From the NCBI GenBank assembly GCA_944358865.1, contig CALVRV010000006.1, positions 1 to 57,382 on the forward strand: a stretch of DNA of 57,382 bases, written 5' to 3'. The notes beneath the pieces are model-generated. The model was not told the DNA's origin and did no database searches. It was given only the letters and a program-made list of their open reading frames with translations. This document shows, one piece after another, positions 9,817-19,167 of the stretch. Position 1 is the stretch's first letter. Each line of letters starts with the position of its first letter. Origin of the DNA: an uncultured Bacilli bacterium (GTDB lineage Bacteria > Bacillota_I > Bacilli_A > RFN20 > CAG-826). A program made the position numbers and the translations under genes.

Positions 9817-10257
9817 ATGCCATCTTGTCGTAATTGCCATTCTCGATTAACACGTTTTGATAAAGATATCTGTCCTGTTTGTGGTTGCAAAGAACCATTT
9901 TTAGGTATGTCAACTGAGACTAATGAAATAACTCAAGAAATATCTTCAATAAACGACAACAATATTCAATATGAAGCAAAAAAACGTAATTTTGCAGTGT
10001 TTTTATCCGTAATTGGCGGTTTTTTTGGATTACCGTTTTATTATTTAGGGTTCTTTATGAGCGGTATTATTTACTTATTAATATCGATAATATGTGCTGG
10101 CGCAATATTTTTGATAATGTATTTTGGAGGTCATCTAGATTTACTTATTTCTTTATGCGTACCGATTGGATTGTTATTTTTAAGTAATATTGTTTTAGCT
10201 TTTGTAATTGGTTTAAATAAAAATCTTAAAGACCGTCATCGGGAGTTTTTAAAATAA
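9817..10257 (+). CDS. Zinc-ribbon plus TM2-like membrane protein
   Basis: CRNC...CPVC followed by GFFGLPFYYLG and hydrophobic helices. Confidence 0.7.
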   Translation: MPSCRNCHSRLTRFDKDICPVCGCKEPFLGMSTETNEITQEISSINDNNIQYEAKKRNFAVFLSVIGGFFGLPFYYLGFFMSGIIYLLISIICAGAIFLIMYFGGHLDLLISLCVPIGLLFLSNIVLAFVIGLNKNLKDRHREFLK

Positions 10258-10976
10258 TGCCTCATTATTTAGCTTTTTTTGACAAGGAAGATGTTGTTTT
10301 TGATGATGAGACAACGCATCATTTAAAAACTGTTTTACGCGTTAAATTAAATGAGGATATCAAATGTTTAATTGATAATGAAGAATATCAAGTTAAAATC
10401 ACATCAATTAACCCATTAAAAGGAAAAGCAATTAAAAAAAATATTCTTGATAGCGAATTAAAAAGCCATGTAAGACTTTTTCTTTGTTTATTCAAGGGTG
10501 AAAAATTTGATTGGGTTTTACAAAAAGCATGTGAACTTGGTGTAAGCGATATTTTTTTAGTGCAATCAAAACGCACGATTGTAAAAATTGATAAACAAAG
10601 TAAAGAAAAAAAGTTAAGTCGTTATCAAAAAATATTAGATCTTGCCAGCGGTCAATGCCTTCGTAAGACAAGTAGCAAAATCATTGATGTTATTAATTTA
10701 AAAGATATTAATAAAGATTTGATGATGGATATTAATTTATTAGCAAATGAAAAAGAAAAAGGCGCGACAAATCATACTTTTGATATATTGAATAATTTAG
10801 ATCAGCGTAAATCTATTTCCTGTATTATTGGTCCTGAAGGCGGATTTGATGATGATGAAATTTTATATTTAAAGGATATCGGATTTGAATCAATTTCTTT
10901 AGGAAAAAGAATATTAAGGAGCGATACAGCTTCGTTATATTTATTAAGTGTGATATCATTTTGTTTGGAGAAATAA
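10257..10976 (+). CDS. rsmE: 16S rRNA m3U1498 methyltransferase
   Basis: HHLKTVLR, QKACELGV, IGPEGGF, SLGKRILRSDTA. Confidence 0.95.
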   Translation: MPHYLAFFDKEDVVFDDETTHHLKTVLRVKLNEDIKCLIDNEEYQVKITSINPLKGKAIKKNILDSELKSHVRLFLCLFKGEKFDWVLQKACELGVSDIFLVQSKRTIVKIDKQSKEKKLSRYQKILDLASGQCLRKTSSKIIDVINLKDINKDLMMDINLLANEKEKGATNHTFDILNNLDQRKSISCIIGPEGGFDDDEILYLKDIGFESISLGKRILRSDTASLYLLSVISFCLEK

Positions 10977-11756
10977 ATGTCTTTATATGATTTGTTAGAT
11001 AAAAAAAAGAAAGCTCGTAAATCATTTGAAAATAGTGAAGAATATGAGTTTTATATCAAATATCGTGAACTTTTAACAAAATTACCACGTTATGCATTTT
11101 TATATAATAAGGAAGACGATTTTGATGTCATGCGCGCAAATATCGTTATTTATTCTATTTTAAATAAAAACTATATTGAAAAAGAAGTATATTATCTTTC
11201 TAAACAATTTAATATTAACAACAAAAATGGCTTTAATCTTTTTTTTAACGCTTTTAAAGAAAAAATTAGCGAGCTCCCATATTATGATGAAGGGAAAACT
11301 CGTGTTTATGTTCCATTTTTTTCTTTGCCCTTAAACATCATATATTATAAAAATCCAGAAAAATTGCTTTCATATCCTTATGAATTATTAAAAAACGAAT
11401 ATCAAGAATCGGCGATTGATTGTTTTGATGTTTATGGTGCTAAATTATATGATTCTTATTTTACAAGATTGATTAAAATATGTTCAAATGGCAGTGAAAT
11501 TGCCTATTTTCATTATGATACAAATACTGTTTATATCGTTAATAGCCAAGGTCGTTTAGATAATAAGATAGTTCTTTTTGATCGTTATGTTAAAAAAATA
11601 TATGATAACCATATGATTGAAAGGTTAAAAAATGTTTTAAAATTTTATTTTAATAATTCTCGAAGCGAATTTATTGATGCATTATATCACTATCAATTTA
11701 TTTCTAAAAAAATGTATTTAATTCTTAAAAAAGGAGATTATTTAACAAATGAATAA
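10977..11756 (+). CDS. Hypothetical protein
   Basis: 259-aa ORF abutting rsmE and overlapping the mtaB start; no motif recognised. Confidence 0.7.
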   Translation: MSLYDLLDKKKKARKSFENSEEYEFYIKYRELLTKLPRYAFLYNKEDDFDVMRANIVIYSILNKNYIEKEVYYLSKQFNINNKNGFNLFFNAFKEKISELPYYDEGKTRVYVPFFSLPLNIIYYKNPEKLLSYPYELLKNEYQESAIDCFDVYGAKLYDSYFTRLIKICSNGSEIAYFHYDTNTVYIVNSQGRLDNKIVLFDRYVKKIYDNHMIERLKNVLKFYFNNSRSEFIDALYHYQFISKKMYLILKKGDYLTNE

Positions 11757-13017
11757 TCTTACTTTTTTTGTTTATTCTTTAGGATGTAAAGTTAATAATT
11801 ATGAAGCACACGCTGTGCAACAACTTTTTTTAGAAAAAGGGATGGTATATGATAACAATAATCCTGATGTTATTGTCATCAATACTTGTGCAGTTACTCA
11901 TGTCAGTGAGCAAAAATCTAGACAACATATTAGACGTTTTAAAAAGCAATTTCCTCACGCTGTTATTGTTGTGATGGGATGTTATAGCCAAAAAGAATCA
12001 TCATATTGTATAAATCAACTTGAAGCGGATATTGTTGTTGGCACAACAAACAAGTATTTAATTTATGATCTTTTGATTAAATATTTAAACAATCATGAAA
12101 AAATTTGTTTAATCAATAAAAATATAAAAGAATTTAAATATGAAGAAATTTGTCAAACTGCATATATTGAAAATGTTAGATCATATTTAAAAATACAGGA
12201 TGGATGCAATAATTTTTGTAGTTATTGTTTAATACCATATTTAAGAGGAAAGCCTCGTTCTCGCTCATTAACGGACATTGTTAACGAAGCTAAACACATA
12301 GTTAGTTTAGGAATAAAAGAAATAGTTGTTTCTGGTATTCATATTGGGTCATATGGCTATGATTTAGAAAATGTTAATTTTGCCATATTAATTGAACAAT
12401 TATTAAAAATTGATAATTTAAAAAGACTGACAATTTCCTCAATTGAGGCAAGTGAAATAAGCGATGATTTTATAAATTTATATCTTAAATATCCAAATTT
12501 GGCAAAACACATCCATATTCCTTTACAAAGTGGTTCAGAAAAAATTTTAAAATTAATGAATAGAAAATATAATAAAAAAGAATTTTTAAGTGTTATTAAA
12601 AAATTAAAAAATATTGTTCCAGATATCGCTATTACGACAGATGTAATTGTTGGATTTCCTGGTGAGAGTGATGAAAATTTTAAAGAAACTTACGATTTTA
12701 TTAAAGAAGCAGGGTTTGCTCAACTCCATGTTTTTCCTTTCTCTAAAAGAGAAAACACTCTAGCGTATCATCTTAAAAATCAAGTTGATGAACAAATAAA
12801 AAAGTCACGAGCTAAATCGTTAAGAGATTTATCATCTGAACTATATGAAGCATTTAAAAACACTCAAAATAACAAAACACTTAATGTTTTAATTGAATCT
12901 TATAACCCAAAAACTAACAAATATTTTGGGCATAGTGAAAATTATATTGGTGTAGAGTTATCTTCTGATACAAATATTATAAATACAATACAGACAATAA
13001 CTTATATAAATAAATAA
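11749..13017 (+). CDS. mtaB: tRNA t6A37 methylthiotransferase
   Basis: LGCKVNNYE, NTCAVT, radical-SAM motif CNNFCSYC; position after rsmE. Confidence 0.93.
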   Translation: MNNLTFFVYSLGCKVNNYEAHAVQQLFLEKGMVYDNNNPDVIVINTCAVTHVSEQKSRQHIRRFKKQFPHAVIVVMGCYSQKESSYCINQLEADIVVGTTNKYLIYDLLIKYLNNHEKICLINKNIKEFKYEEICQTAYIENVRSYLKIQDGCNNFCSYCLIPYLRGKPRSRSLTDIVNEAKHIVSLGIKEIVVSGIHIGSYGYDLENVNFAILIEQLLKIDNLKRLTISSIEASEISDDFINLYLKYPNLAKHIHIPLQSGSEKILKLMNRKYNKKEFLSVIKKLKNIVPDIAITTDVIVGFPGESDENFKETYDFIKEAGFAQLHVFPFSKRENTLAYHLKNQVDEQIKKSRAKSLRDLSSELYEAFKNTQNNKTLNVLIESYNPKTNKYFGHSENYIGVELSSDTNIINTIQTITYINK

Positions 13018-13065
13018 GCACCATTCAAGGAAAAACAGGTTTTTTTATAATTTGTCTAAAAAAAA

Positions 13066-13095
13066 TTGACAATATTATCTTTTTTTATATATAAT
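13066..13095 (+). promoter_or_regulatory. Sigma-A promoter of rpmF
   Basis: TTGACA-18 nt-TATAAT. Confidence 0.65.
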
Positions 13096-13123
13096 AACAA
13101 AGCGTTTTATGTAGGAGGAAATT

Positions 13124-13399
13124 ATGGCAGTACCATTTCGTAGAACATCTAAAAGAACTAAAAGATTAAGAAGAACCCATTTTAAATTACATGTTACCGG
13201 TTTAGTCACTTGCCCTCATTGTGGTGCGATGATTAAAAGCCATCATGTCTGTCCAAAATGTGGTTATTATGATGGTAAACAAGTTTTAGTTAATGGTCGT
13301 TTCTTAACAAAAAAAGAAGAAGCAAAAGTTGAAAATCAAGGTAAAAAATCAACTAAAAGAAAAGCTAAAACAACCGACGAAACAACTAAAAGCAAATAA
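13124..13399 (+). CDS. rpmF: 50S ribosomal protein L32 (Zn-binding, with Lys-rich C-terminal extension)
   Basis: [21 protein letters not shown]; AGGAGG SD. Confidence 0.97.
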   Translation: MAVPFRRTSKRTKRLRRTHFKLHVTGLVTCPHCGAMIKSHHVCPKCGYYDGKQVLVNGRFLTKKEEAKVENQGKKSTKRKAKTTDETTKSK

Positions 13400-13426
13400 A
13401 TAGCCTAGTAAAAAGGCTATTTTTTT
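13398..13426 (+). terminator. Intrinsic terminator after rpmF
   Basis: AAATAGCCT...AGGCTATTT followed by a T run. Confidence 0.75.
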
Positions 13427-13459
13427 GTTAGTATAATGTCATAATCAAAGGAGAAAAGA

Positions 13460-14113
13460 ATGGAAAATATTAATCGATTAATTGATCACACTTTATTAAA
13501 ACCAGATGCAAAACAAGAAGAAATTGAAAAATTATGTGCTGAAGCAACAAAATATCACTTTATGTCAGTTTGTGTTAACCCTTGTAATGTCAACTTATGC
13601 GCGAAATTGTTAAAAGGTAGCGATGTTAAGGTATGTACAGTAATTGGATTTCCACTAGGCGCAAACATAAGCAAAACAAAAATCGAAGAGACTAAATATT
13701 GTCTTGAAAATGGTGCAAGTGAAATTGATATGGTTATTAATATCGGCCGTTTAAAAGATAAAGATTATGATTATGTTGAAAACGAAATTAGAGAAATTAA
13801 AAACGTTTGTAAAGATAACATTTTAAAAGTTATTTTAGAAACTTGTCTATTAAGCGATGAAGAAATTGTTAAAGCCTGCCAATTATCACAAAATGCTGGC
13901 GCTGATTTTGTTAAAACCTCAACAGGTTTTTCAAAAGGTGGGGCTACAACGCATGCAGTAAAATTAATGCGTGAAACTGTAAAAGATGCTTTAGGTGTTA
14001 AAGCAAGCGGTGGAATTCATTCATATGAAGAAGCAATGGCGATGGTAGAAGCAGGAGCAAATCGTATCGGCGCTAGTTCTGGTATAAAAATTGTTGAAGG
14101 AGCAAAACAATAA
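13460..14113 (+). CDS. deoC: Deoxyribose-phosphate aldolase
   Basis: [36 protein letters not shown]. Confidence 0.97.
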   Translation: MENINRLIDHTLLKPDAKQEEIEKLCAEATKYHFMSVCVNPCNVNLCAKLLKGSDVKVCTVIGFPLGANISKTKIEETKYCLENGASEIDMVINIGRLKDKDYDYVENEIREIKNVCKDNILKVILETCLLSDEEIVKACQLSQNAGADFVKTSTGFSKGGATTHAVKLMRETVKDALGVKASGGIHSYEEAMAMVEAGANRIGASSGIKIVEGAKQ

Positions 14114-14197
14114 TCGCCTTTTTTAGCAAAAAAATCTTGTAATTAAAAAATATATCTCTATAATTAATATCGCTGTAAGCAAAGGAGGTGGAAAGCA

Positions 14198-14374
14198 ATG
14201 CCAAAAACAATAGTGCGTGAAGGTGAAAGTTTAGATGAAGCATTACGTCGTTTTAAAAGACAAGTTAACAAAGCTGGAATCCTCCAAGAAACACGTAAAA
14301 GAGAATTTTATTTAAAACCTGGTTTAAAAAGAAAACTTAAATTAGAAAACGCAAGACGTAAAAACCGTAAATAA
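14198..14374 (+). CDS. rpsU: 30S ribosomal protein S21 (not in the supplied ORF track)
   Basis: [42 protein letters not shown]...; AAGGAGGTG SD. Confidence 0.97.
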   Translation: MPKTIVREGESLDEALRRFKRQVNKAGILQETRKREFYLKPGLKRKLKLENARRKNRK

Positions 14375-14400
14375 AAGAAGCATAAAAAGCTTCTTAACAT

Positions 14401-14477
14401 CGCGGAGTGGAGCAGTTCGGTAGCTCGTTGGGCCCATAACCCAAAGGTCGATGGTTCAAATCCATCCTCCGCAACCA
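14401..14477 (+). tRNA. tRNA-fMet (CAT), initiator
   Basis: Cloverleaf with C1:A72 mismatch, GGG/CCC in the anticodon stem, GTTCAAATC T loop and encoded CCA; anticodon loop reads CCCATAA. Confidence 0.93.
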
Positions 14478-14488
14478 AACTAAAATAT

Positions 14489-14509
14489 AACCGCCTAAGG
14501 GCGGTTTTT
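14489..14509 (+). terminator. Terminator after tRNA-fMet
   Basis: AACCGCC-TAAG-GGCGGTT plus T run. Confidence 0.75.
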
Positions 14510-14557
14510 AGTTTGTGTTGCAGAATAACCATCGACCTTTGGTTAATAATAAACAGT

Positions 14558-15310
14558 TTAACCATAATATCGTGCAGAAATATATCTTAAAGAAGATTCT
14601 AACCTTGGCCAATAAAAATCTACTTTTTGCCGGCTTTCAGGATTTTTTATTTCTTTTCCAATGTAACGCGCATGGGGACGAAAAAGAATTGGTCCAAAGT
14701 GAGGAACATCAATAAATTTATATTTTTTAAGTTCGATGAATCGCATAATTTGAGCTTTTGATACAGTTATCCCATAATTTACATCGCCATGATATACGTA
14801 ATCTGCAGCAATATTTTCATCAAATGTACCTTTAAAAATTGTTCTTTCCGCTATTGCTTTAACTAAGTCAGAATTTTTATTTAATTCTTCATTTACTAAT
14901 TTTAATCTTTCTGCTAGAAGAGATCTTAATTTAACATAAGGCAATCTTTCTTTGCCGCTGCCATCTAAAGTCATATCACCATATTGATATAATAATATAG
15001 TTTTCTGTGTCCTTTCTGAGACATTAAATTTTCTTAGAAAGAATATAAATTTCTTTATATCTTCTTGATGAAGAGATTCAGCTTGACCTGATTTCATCGA
15101 AATATGCTTAGTGATGCCTTTATAAGTTATTGAAAAATCTGGTTTAATAAATTTATCAATTGATTCTGCTTTGATTATTTCCTCCTCATCAACTACTCCA
15201 AATATTTCTTTTACCATGAATTTGAGATTTTGATTCAAGTCCTTAATTTTTTTCCCGTTTAAGGCATTAATCATTTCTAGTTCTTTAAAATTACCAATAT
15301 TATCTTTCAT
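14558..15310 (-). CDS. PD-(D/E)xK nuclease, HinP1I-like restriction endonuclease fold
   Basis: N-terminal GxxxE, KPD...ISMK...HQ catalytic pattern, KG...AADYV. GGAGGT SD before ATG 15310. Confidence 0.55.
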   Translation of the reverse strand: MKDNIGNFKELEMINALNGKKIKDLNQNLKFMVKEIFGVVDEEEIIKAESIDKFIKPDFSITYKGITKHISMKSGQAESLHQEDIKKFIFFLRKFNVSERTQKTILLYQYGDMTLDGSGKERLPYVKLRSLLAERLKLVNEELNKNSDLVKAIAERTIFKGTFDENIAADYVYHGDVNYGITVSKAQIMRFIELKKYKFIDVPHFGPILFRPHARYIGKEIKNPESRQKVDFYWPRLESSLRYISARYYG

Positions 15311-15472
15311 AAATGTACCTCCGTTTCTATGCATATCGGTACTTACTAATAGGCAAATAATACAAAAAGTGCTAAAAATTTTTTTAAAAGATAGCATTAG
15401 TCAAATAAATTTTTTTACAAAAGTTTTAAAAACCTTGAAAATAAGTCGCTTGTCATTTACAATTAAAATACT

Positions 15473-16627
15473 ATGAAAATTACTATAGTTTGTGATGTTT
15501 TAGGAGAACCAAATAACGGCACTTCAATTGCGGCTTATAATTTAATTAATACATTAAAAAATAAAGGACACGATGTAAAAGTGTTGTGCCCTGATGAATT
15601 AAAAAAAGGTGAGCCTGGATATTATGTTTTGCCTCATCTTTCCTTTGGCGTTTTTAATTCATATGTTAAGAAAAATGGTGTCTCTTTAGCAAAATATGAT
15701 ATTGAAACTGTTGATAAGGCATGTAAAGATGCGGAAATTATTCATGTTATGATGCCTTTTAGTGCTGGCCATATGGCAGCGATATATGCTTTTGAACACA
15801 ACATTCCATTATCGGCAGGATTTCATGTCCAAGCAGAAAATATTACTAGCCATTTCTTTTCAATGAATAACAAAGGAATTAACGCTATTGCATATAAAAA
15901 ATTAAAAAAATCTGTCTATCAATATTGTAACTCCATTCATTATCCAACTAAATTTATTCAAGAATATGTTAAAAAATATGGTATTAAAGCACCTAGTGAA
16001 TATGTTATTTCAAATGGAGTAAATCAATCTGTTTATTATCCTCATTTTGTAAAAAAACCTAAAGCATACGAAGATCGTTTTGTTATTTTGATGTCGGGAA
16101 GATATTCAAAAGAAAAAAATCAACAGATGTTAATTAAAGCGGTAGGACGTTCTAAATATAATAGCAAAATTCAATTAATTTTTGCAGGCGATGGTCCTCA
16201 AAAAAAGAATTTATTTTTGTTAAGTGAAAAAATGCTTGTAAATCGTCCTTTGTTCACTCTTTGTTCTAGAGAAAAATTAAGTGAAATAATAAATTATAGT
16301 GATTTATATGTACATACCTCGAAAATAGAAATTGAGGCTATATCATGTCTAGAGGCTATTTCTTGTGGATTAGTTCCTTTAATAAGTGATTCACCTAGAA
16401 GCGCAACATCTAAATTTGCTTTATTAGAGCAATCTAAATTTAAATTCAATAAAGTAAAAGACTTAAAAAATAAAATTGAATATTGGATTGAACATCCTCA
16501 AGAAAGACACAAAGCTCGTCAGATGTATATCGATTTTGGGAAACAATTTGACTTTAATAAATGCATGGATCAAATGGAAGAAATGTTAATTGAAGTTGCT
16601 AGAAAATATGGAAAAAACAAAAACTAA
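15473..16627 (+). CDS. GT4 glycosyltransferase (diacylglycerol glucosyltransferase-like)
   Basis: NGTS, ISNGV, GRYSKEKN, GDGP, EAISCLEAISCG. Confidence 0.85.
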   Translation: MKITIVCDVLGEPNNGTSIAAYNLINTLKNKGHDVKVLCPDELKKGEPGYYVLPHLSFGVFNSYVKKNGVSLAKYDIETVDKACKDAEIIHVMMPFSAGHMAAIYAFEHNIPLSAGFHVQAENITSHFFSMNNKGINAIAYKKLKKSVYQYCNSIHYPTKFIQEYVKKYGIKAPSEYVISNGVNQSVYYPHFVKKPKAYEDRFVILMSGRYSKEKNQQMLIKAVGRSKYNSKIQLIFAGDGPQKKNLFLLSEKMLVNRPLFTLCSREKLSEIINYSDLYVHTSKIEIEAISCLEAISCGLVPLISDSPRSATSKFALLEQSKFKFNKVKDLKNKIEYWIEHPQERHKARQMYIDFGKQFDFNKCMDQMEEMLIEVARKYGKNKN

Positions 16628-17396
16628 AAAAACGTATTTTTATCGTGACGCTTTAAATGATGATTTTGCAAAACTTCAAATTAAACCAATAGAAATTAAT
16701 GAAAATTTTAAATATCAACATAACAAAATATATTGGTTTTTTGCTTTTGCAATAAGAATTATCATTATTCCAATTTTGTATTGTGTTTCTAAAATAATTT
16801 ACGCTACAAGTGTAAAAAATAAAAAAGTATTAAAAAAAATTAAAAATAAAGGGTATTTTATATATTCAAACCACACTAGTGCTTTTGATCCAATCAATCA
16901 TGCTTGTATTGTAAATCCAACTAAATATAGTGCAATTATTGCCTCTTTAGATTCTTTTTCTATTAAAGGATTAGGTGGTTTAGTGCATCTTATTGGTGCT
17001 ATACCAGTTCCACAAAATTTAAAGATGTATAAAAATTTTTTTGGAATATTGAAATATCATATTCAAAAGAAAAGGAAAGTCATTGTTTATCCTGAGGCTC
17101 ACATTTGGCCATATTATTATGATATTCGCCCTTTTAAAAGTGTCTCATTTCGCTATCCGTGCGAATTAGATACACCCATTCTTGTAGCAACGACAATATA
17201 TAAAAAAAGAAAAATTTTGCATACTCCTAAAATGGTGATTATTTTAAATGAACCTTTATACCCAAATAAAGATTTACCACTTAAACAACAAATTCAAGAT
17301 TTGCGGAACCGTACGTATGATTTAATGAAATCAAATGTTTCACATTATGGTACATATAGATATTATTCTTACGAAAATCTAAATAAAATAAATTAA
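16608..17396 (+). CDS. PlsC-like lysophospholipid acyltransferase
   Basis: SNHTSAFD (HX4D) and VYPEAH. Confidence 0.8.
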   Translation: MEKTKTKKTYFYRDALNDDFAKLQIKPIEINENFKYQHNKIYWFFAFAIRIIIIPILYCVSKIIYATSVKNKKVLKKIKNKGYFIYSNHTSAFDPINHACIVNPTKYSAIIASLDSFSIKGLGGLVHLIGAIPVPQNLKMYKNFFGILKYHIQKKRKVIVYPEAHIWPYYYDIRPFKSVSFRYPCELDTPILVATTIYKKRKILHTPKMVIILNEPLYPNKDLPLKQQIQDLRNRTYDLMKSNVSHYGTYRYYSYENLNKIN

Positions 17397-17455
17397 TGCG
17401 TTTGTCTTGTTTAAAATAATAAATCGTTTATAATTTTGATATGGAGGAAATAATT

Positions 17456-18001
17456 ATGGAATTAAAAGGTAGTAAAACTGAAAAAAATTTAATGGAAGCT
17501 TTCGCTGGAGAATCTCAAGCACGTAATAAATACACTTATTTTGCTAGCAAAGCCAAAAAAGAAGGCTACGAACAAATTGCCGCTTTATTTTTAGAAACTG
17601 CAGAAAATGAAAAAGAGCATGCCAAAATGTGGTTTAAACTCTTACAACCTAATGGTGAAATTCAAGACACTGCTTCTAATTTATTAGCAGCTGCTCAAGG
17701 CGAAAATTTTGAACATACTGATATGTATAAAAGAATGGCTTTAGAAGCTGAAGAAGAAGGTTTTAAAGACATTGCTCGTTTATTTAGAAACGTCGCAGCA
17801 GTTGAAGCAGAGCACGAAAAACGTTATCTTAAACTTTTAGAAAATGTTAAAGACGGTAAAGTCTTTATTAGTGATGACGTTGTTGTTTGGAAATGCCGTA
17901 ATTGCGGACATATTCACGTTGGTAAAGAAGCTCCAAAAATTTGTCCTACCTGTTCACATCCACAAAGCTACTTTGAACGCTTAGGAAAAGATTTATATTA
18001 A
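17456..18001 (+). CDS. rbr: Rubrerythrin
   Basis: AFAGESQARNKY, EKEHA, EAEHE, rubredoxin-like CRNCG..CPTC. Confidence 0.95.
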   Translation: MELKGSKTEKNLMEAFAGESQARNKYTYFASKAKKEGYEQIAALFLETAENEKEHAKMWFKLLQPNGEIQDTASNLLAAAQGENFEHTDMYKRMALEAEEEGFKDIARLFRNVAAVEAEHEKRYLKLLENVKDGKVFISDDVVVWKCRNCGHIHVGKEAPKICPTCSHPQSYFERLGKDLY

Positions 18002-18023
18002 TTTTAAAAAAAGATTAATTATT

Positions 18024-18051
18024 AAAAAAACTCCGTTCCCGCGGAGTTTTT
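18024..18051. terminator. Bidirectional terminator
   Basis: AAAAAAACTCCG...CGGAGTTTTT between convergent genes. Confidence 0.8.
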
Positions 18052-18094
18052 AATTTGCTTTTGTAAATATGTTTAAATACAAAATATATCTTTA

Positions 18095-18715
18095 TTAGTT
18101 TCCTGTATAATCGTATTCAGCCCAACTACCAATTACACAATTTTCTGGATTATTGTCATACCAAATAGCTTCGGTATTTTCAATAGTATACATCGGCGCA
18201 GTTAAATCAGATGGTATATCTTCAATAGCTATTTCTTGACTACGAGCATTCCAATCAGATAAAACTTCTCCAGATAGTCCAGAGCGAACAAATACAAAAT
18301 GTGTATATCCTTTAGTTAAGTCAATGGTGTATGTCTTATAATTATATCCGACATCCCATCCTTCAGGTGAAGTTCCAGTTTTTATAAAATCAACTTGATC
18401 CATTACTTCGCCTGGAAAAACTGCATTTTCTAAACCTTCCTCACCATAAAGATAAATAGCGGTTTCTGCTGCATCTTTGTTCCACCAAGAAGCATCTTTA
18501 AAATAGATTGTAAGACTATTTTGTGGCGTAGGTTCGCTTGTGGTAGTGACAGGAGGCTCTTCTGTTGTAGTAGTAGATTGACTAGTTGTAGTCGTAGTTG
18601 TAGTAGGATCTTCGCTATCACTTGTAGTGGTTAAAGAAGAACTATTACTACTTGGTGTACACGCTGCTAAAGCAAAAATTATAGCAGCAGGCAATAAAAT
18701 AACTTTTTTATTCAT
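18095..18715 (-). CDS. Lipoprotein with putative starch-binding (CBM26-like) domain
   Basis: Lipobox LAAC, long T/S/P linker, TIYF...WW...IYLY...FPGEVM...YT..I...FVF pattern. Confidence 0.6.
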   Translation of the reverse strand: MNKKVILLPAAIIFALAACTPSSNSSSLTTTSDSEDPTTTTTTTSQSTTTTEEPPVTTTSEPTPQNSLTIYFKDASWWNKDAAETAIYLYGEEGLENAVFPGEVMDQVDFIKTGTSPEGWDVGYNYKTYTIDLTKGYTHFVFVRSGLSGEVLSDWNARSQEIAIEDIPSDLTAPMYTIENTEAIWYDNNPENCVIGSWAEYDYTGN

Positions 18716-18892
18716 TTTTCTCTCCTATTTAAATATAAATATATTTTAGTGCAAATTTATAACATGTCAACTCAATAATAAGTTCTTAATTTTTAAAATA
18801 AATAGGAAAAATATAAAAAGTATAAAAAAATATTAAGATAATGCTTGATTTTTTAATTTGTTTCATTGATAATAATAACGCTGTCAGCAATT

Positions 18893-18968
18893 GGACCATT
18901 GGTGTAGCGGTTAACATGTCTCCCTGTCACGGAGAAGATCGTGGGTTCGATTCCCATATGGTCCGCCA
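18893..18968 (+). tRNA. tRNA-Asp (GTC)
   Basis: Anticodon arm TCTCC-CTGTCAC-GGAGA, GTTCGATTC T loop, CCA end. Confidence 0.96.
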
Positions 18969-19024
18969 ACTATTTCGCTAACAGCATTTTTAATAACTTA
19001 TAGGGGAACCTATAAGAAAACCTT

Positions 19025-19100
19025 GGCCCGGTAACTCAGTTGGTAGAGTAGAGGACTGAAAATCCTTATGTCGCCGGTTCGATTCCGGCCTGGGCCACCA
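19025..19100 (+). tRNA. tRNA-Phe (GAA)
   Basis: Anticodon arm GAGGA-CTGAAAA-TCCTT, T loop, CCA end. Confidence 0.96.
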
Positions 19101-19114
19101 CAATAAGGATTTTC

Positions 19115-19142
19115 AAAAAGGAGGGAACGACCCTCCTTTTTT
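19115..19142. terminator. Bidirectional terminator between the tRNAs and htpG
   Basis: AAAAAGGAGGG-AACGA-CCCTCCTTTTTT. Confidence 0.85.
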
Positions 19143-19167
19143 CTACTCTACCAACATGATTAAATTG

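Noticed and set aside
14308-14715. ORFs 14308..14565 (-) and 14515..14715 (+)
   Set aside because: They are antisense shadows of rpsU/tRNA-fMet and of the nuclease gene.
18540-18660. GTA/GTT/GTC-type triplet repeats here and in other lipoprotein 5' regions
   Set aside because: They are explained by Thr/Ser linker codons; not a CRISPR array or a perfect tandem repeat.
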